DNA of 64,000 nucleotides from Alphaproteobacteria bacterium (GTDB lineage Bacteria; Pseudomonadota; Alphaproteobacteria; RF32; CAG-239): NCBI GenBank assembly GCA_017464685.1, contig JAFTYO010000003.1, positions 8,137 to 72,136 of the forward strand, read 5' to 3'. Shown piece by piece: positions 60,982 to 64,000 of this stretch (position 1 is its first letter; each line of letters starts with the position of its first letter). The notes under the pieces were generated by a model. It saw only the letters and a program-made list of their open reading frames with translations, ran no database searches and was not told where the DNA came from. The position numbers and the translations under genes were made by a program.

Positions 60982-62064
60982 TTAAATTTTATTTACACAT
61001 TTTAAAATTGAACTATCACCATACGAATAAAAACGATACTTATTATCAATAGCATGCTGATAAGCTTCTTTCATACGCTCTGTTCCGGCAATGGCGCAAA
61101 TAAGCATAAACAGTGTCGATTTCGGAAGATGAAAATTAGTGATAATCATATCAATTATCTTAAATTTGTATCCGGGAGTTAAAAATATGTTTGTTTCACC
61201 AATAAAAGGTTTTAACACTCCGTTTTCATCAGCCGAACTTTCAAGTAACCTGACCGATGTTGTGCCAACAGCAATGATACGGTGCCCCTGCTGTTTTGCC
61301 TGATTGATTATATCGGCCGTTTCAGCACTTATAATGCCATATTCGGCATGCATTTTATGATTTTTTGTATCGTCAACCTTAACCGGTAAAAACGTTCCGG
61401 CACCGACATGAAGTGTTACAAAAACTCTTTTGATACCTTTTTCATCAAGCTTGTTTAATACATCTTGTGTAAAGTGTAAACCGGCTGTCGGAGCAGCAAC
61501 CGCACCTTCATATTTTGCATATACGGTCTGATAATTTTCTTTATCATTATATTTATTCCACAAACCTTGCCCCGGTTTGTCTCGCTTAATATAAGGAGGA
61601 AGTGGCATAGAACCATATTTTTTTAACATGTTGCTCAAAATATCTGCCGAACATAAAAACTTAATCAAAACTCCGTCAGTGTCATCTTTTGTAACAATTT
61701 GAGCCTTAAAATCAGAATCTTCAGGCTCAATTTCATCTGTATAAAATGAAATGATATCGTCTTGTTTTAAGCGCTTTGCATTTTTGATAAAAGCCCACCA
61801 AGTTAGACCATCTTTAGGGTGATACAATGTAACTTCAACCAAAGCATTGCCTCTTTTAGCATATAATCTGGCAGGAATAACTTTTGTGTCGTTAAATACT
61901 AAAACATCACCTTGTTGCAATAAATCAGGCAAATCATAAAAATGTCTGTCCGAAATTCGGTCTTCTTCGGATAAATCCAACAACTTGGAAGCATCTCTGG
62001 GAGAAACCGGCTCTTTAGCGATTAAATCTTTATCAAGTTCAAAATCAAAAATATCTACTCTCAT
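60982..62064 (-). CDS. queA: S-adenosylmethionine:tRNA ribosyltransferase-isomerase
   Basis: FDFELDKDLIAKEPVSPRD, PLPPYIKR, VAAPTAGLHFT and VGAGTF motifs. Confidence 0.9.
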   Translation of the reverse strand: MRVDIFDFELDKDLIAKEPVSPRDASKLLDLSEEDRISDRHFYDLPDLLQQGDVLVFNDTKVIPARLYAKRGNALVEVTLYHPKDGLTWWAFIKNAKRLKQDDIISFYTDEIEPEDSDFKAQIVTKDDTDGVLIKFLCSADILSNMLKKYGSMPLPPYIKRDKPGQGLWNKYNDKENYQTVYAKYEGAVAAPTAGLHFTQDVLNKLDEKGIKRVFVTLHVGAGTFLPVKVDDTKNHKMHAEYGIISAETADIINQAKQQGHRIIAVGTTSVRLLESSADENGVLKPFIGETNIFLTPGYKFKIIDMIITNFHLPKSTLFMLICAIAGTERMKEAYQHAIDNKYRFYSYGDSSILKCVNKI

Positions 62065-62227
62065 TTTATACCCTACAAAATGCTTTACTTTTAAGCGGTT
62101 ATATTATATGATATACCACAAAGCAAGCAAATTTTTAAGAAATTTCTTTTTATTGTTCGGTTAAAACACGCATAAAACTTCATTTTTTAACGTTTTATTA
62201 AAAAATTTGTCATTTGACAAAAAAGAT

Positions 62228-62256
62228 ATTGAAATGAAAGCTTTTTTGGTATATAC
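62228..62256 (+). promoter_or_regulatory. candidate sigma70 promoter for the right-edge ORF
   Basis: TTGAAA (62228-62233), a 17-nt spacer, then TATACT (62251-62256), about 45 nt before the ATG at 62301. The palindrome TTTGTCA-TT-TGACAAA lies just upstream. Confidence 0.35.
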
Positions 62257-62300
62257 TGCCGACAATAATGAGATAATTTTATATACGGGAGATTTTATAA

Positions 62301-64000
62301 ATGGTAAGCAAAACACTGACTTTTGACGAAGCTTTAGAAATACTTCAAGGTAATGTTACAAAATGCTCACCTGATGTGTTGGAAAATGCAATAAATATCG
62401 TCAAAGACAAAGAACCTACTCATCCGGCTATTATAACAGCTCAGGAAATTCTAAATTCGAATAAAAAAATATTTGATATGGAAGATGTTTTGACCTATTC
62501 GGCCAATATGAACGATATGACTGTTAAACTTGAAAGTTTTGATTATAATGCGTTCATAAATCTTGACGACAATGCCGATATCAAAAGTTATGTTGACGTT
62601 GTTATTATCAAGGAGAATGACGGTAACAAATTAAAAACGGTCAGTGCAGAAGAGAAAAAAAAATATGTTGAGCTGTTGTTTGAAACCGCAAAATTAAAGG
62701 CCCAAACCGCCTTGGCCGGAAGCAGAAATTATCTTGATAAGTCTCCCGATGAAAAATATCGTATGATAACGGAAGAAATAAGAAATACATTTTTTACTGA
62801 TTTTGCTCGTGCCGCAATTGCTTCGCATATGAAAGCTCCGACCAAAAAAGAAGAAAAAATAGGTTCAAGAGATTATAAGCAATACATCTTAAATCAGGTA
62901 AAAACAGCTGCCAGTGTATTCAAAAAGATTATTGAAGGCGACAAGAGCATATCGGTTAAAACCGACAGTGTATTGGCTTCGGTTGCCGATTCGGCAGTGC
63001 GGGTTGAAAACTATATCAAAGGCTTAAAACAAAAAACCAAAAATGCCGGAAAAGAAGTTAAAGACGCATTTACAAGCATTGCTAATGCATTTCAAAAAAA
63101 GAAAAATCAACTAGAAAAGAAAGCCAACCAAATTTCTGAAAATCGTTATGAAATTTTTAAGGCTATTAAGGGAAGTTTTAGTGATAACAAAATCAAACTT
63201 ATCGGTAATATCAGCGCCAGTACGGCATTTGGTATTGTTACTGCCGGTATTGCTGCAGGAACAATCGGAGCTCCGCTGACAGCCGCCGTGGGTGCATATG
63301 CCGCATATCATGCAGCCGGTTCTTGGGTATATCCCATTGTTGCCGAGATGAGAAAAATAAATCGTCAAAGACGAGAAAAAGGGCAACCTGTTTTAGGTTT
63401 TAAGGCTCAGCTTGTTCAAGCTTGGAAAAATAAAACCTCAAAAGATAAAAAGAAAAATTCTTACAAAGCTCGCAATACATATATTATCCATGGTGTGATA
63501 AACACAGGTTTGGCTGCCATCGGTTTTGGTTGTTTGAAAAACGGATTAGAAGCTATTGATGATTTGAGAACTTTGGGCGAAGGTGTTAAAGAAGGCGTTG
63601 ATGCCGTTCAAAACACTGCAGCCATAAATATGGACATAGCAAACTCCATTGCTCAAACTAAGCATGCAGTCAGCATGGGACGTATTGCCATACCGCTTGC
63701 CGGACAATTTACCGATGCGGCCTTGACATATGGCATATCGCTGGCCGATCCTGATGACAAAACAAAAGCCGAAGAAGCAAAACAAACTGCTGTTGCCGCT
63801 CTTGTCGGCGCCGGATTTAGTGCTTTAGCACAAGGTTTAACTTTTGCCGCCGGATCAAATGCTGTTGATGTCACCAACGATATTACACAAAATTCTTCCG
63901 GTATGGTTGAAGTTCCTGAAATTTCAAGTGATATTTCCTCTAATGCCGCAACTGAAAAATCTGGTGGTTTATTAAGTAATGCCAAAAAACTTTTCAGTTT
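62301..64000 (+). CDS. large hypothetical protein with hydrophobic hairpins; truncated by the window edge (>566 codons)
   Basis: I translated this frame by hand from the ATG at 62301 to base 64000 and found no stop. It is absent from the ORF track, presumably because it has no in-window stop. It contains Gly/Ala-rich hydrophobic stretches (FGIVTAGIAAGTIGAPLTAAVGAYAAY, TAVAALVGAGFSALAQGLTFAAG). Confidence 0.65.
   Translation, partial: MVSKTLTFDEALEILQGNVTKCSPDVLENAINIVKDKEPTHPAIITAQEILNSNKKIFDMEDVLTYSANMNDMTVKLESFDYNAFINLDDNADIKSYVDVVIIKENDGNKLKTVSAEEKKKYVELLFETAKLKAQTALAGSRNYLDKSPDEKYRMITEEIRNTFFTDFARAAIASHMKAPTKKEEKIGSRDYKQYILNQVKTAASVFKKIIEGDKSISVKTDSVLASVADSAVRVENYIKGLKQKTKNAGKEVKDAFTSIANAFQKKKNQLEKKANQISENRYEIFKAIKGSFSDNKIKLIGNISASTAFGIVTAGIAAGTIGAPLTAAVGAYAAYHAAGSWVYPIVAEMRKINRQRREKGQPVLGFKAQLVQAWKNKTSKDKKKNSYKARNTYIIHGVINTGLAAIGFGCLKNGLEAIDDLRTLGEGVKEGVDAVQNTAAINMDIANSIAQTKHAVSMGRIAIPLAGQFTDAALTYGISLADPDDKTKAEEAKQTAVAALVGAGFSALAQGLTFAAGSNAVDVTNDITQNSSGMVEVPEISSDISSNAATEKSGGLLSNAKKLFS

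Noticed and set aside
62190-62215. The palindrome TTTGTCA-TT-TGACAAA as a Fur or LexA box
   Set aside because: It does not match the Fur consensus, the E. coli-type CTGT-N8-ACAG box or the alphaproteobacterial GTTC-N7-GTTC LexA box. It is kept only as a note under the right-edge ORF.

Overview
This is an AT-rich bacterial chromosome segment whose gene content points to an alphaproteobacterium, probably a host-associated Rickettsiales/Holosporales-like lineage. Supporting genes are a truncated hprK, mlaEF, gatCAB, an ompR/envZ-like pair and batABD. About two thirds of the window is ordinary housekeeping: tsaE, radA, cvpA, cysE, cysS, gltX, rnj, alaS, truA, tRNA-Gly, murA, cobB, sppA, gatCAB, zupT, uvrC, pgsA, lgt and queA.

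The unusual content is a dispersed family of small secreted two-Cys beta-rich proteins. There are four intact copies, one truncated copy and one promoterless fragment. Each promoter-bearing copy is monocistronic behind the same ~135-bp promoter/5'UTR/signal-peptide cassette. A homopolymeric A tract of 9, 10, 11, 12 or 12 nt sits between the putative -35 and -10 boxes, so this is a candidate promoter-spacer phase-variation system.

Diverged versions of the same promoter module drive a type-IV-pilin-like gene and an XRE-like HTH element. The HTH element occurs as an inverted repeat around a 7-kb block containing tRNA-Gly, murA and a large autotransporter.

Other accessory items:
- a signal-less GH24 lysozyme-like gene translationally coupled to a secreted furin-repeat-like Cys-rich protein
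- a 1526-aa autotransporter carrying an ankyrin-like repeat and about 11 exact EGF-signature repeats
- an adiA/adiC-like decarboxylase/antiporter pair
- several structured intergenic repeats with compensatory base changes
- a frameshifted hydrolase pseudogene
- a >566-codon ORF at the right edge that is missing from the ORF track

All calls come from reading the sequence and from remembered family motifs. No searches were run.
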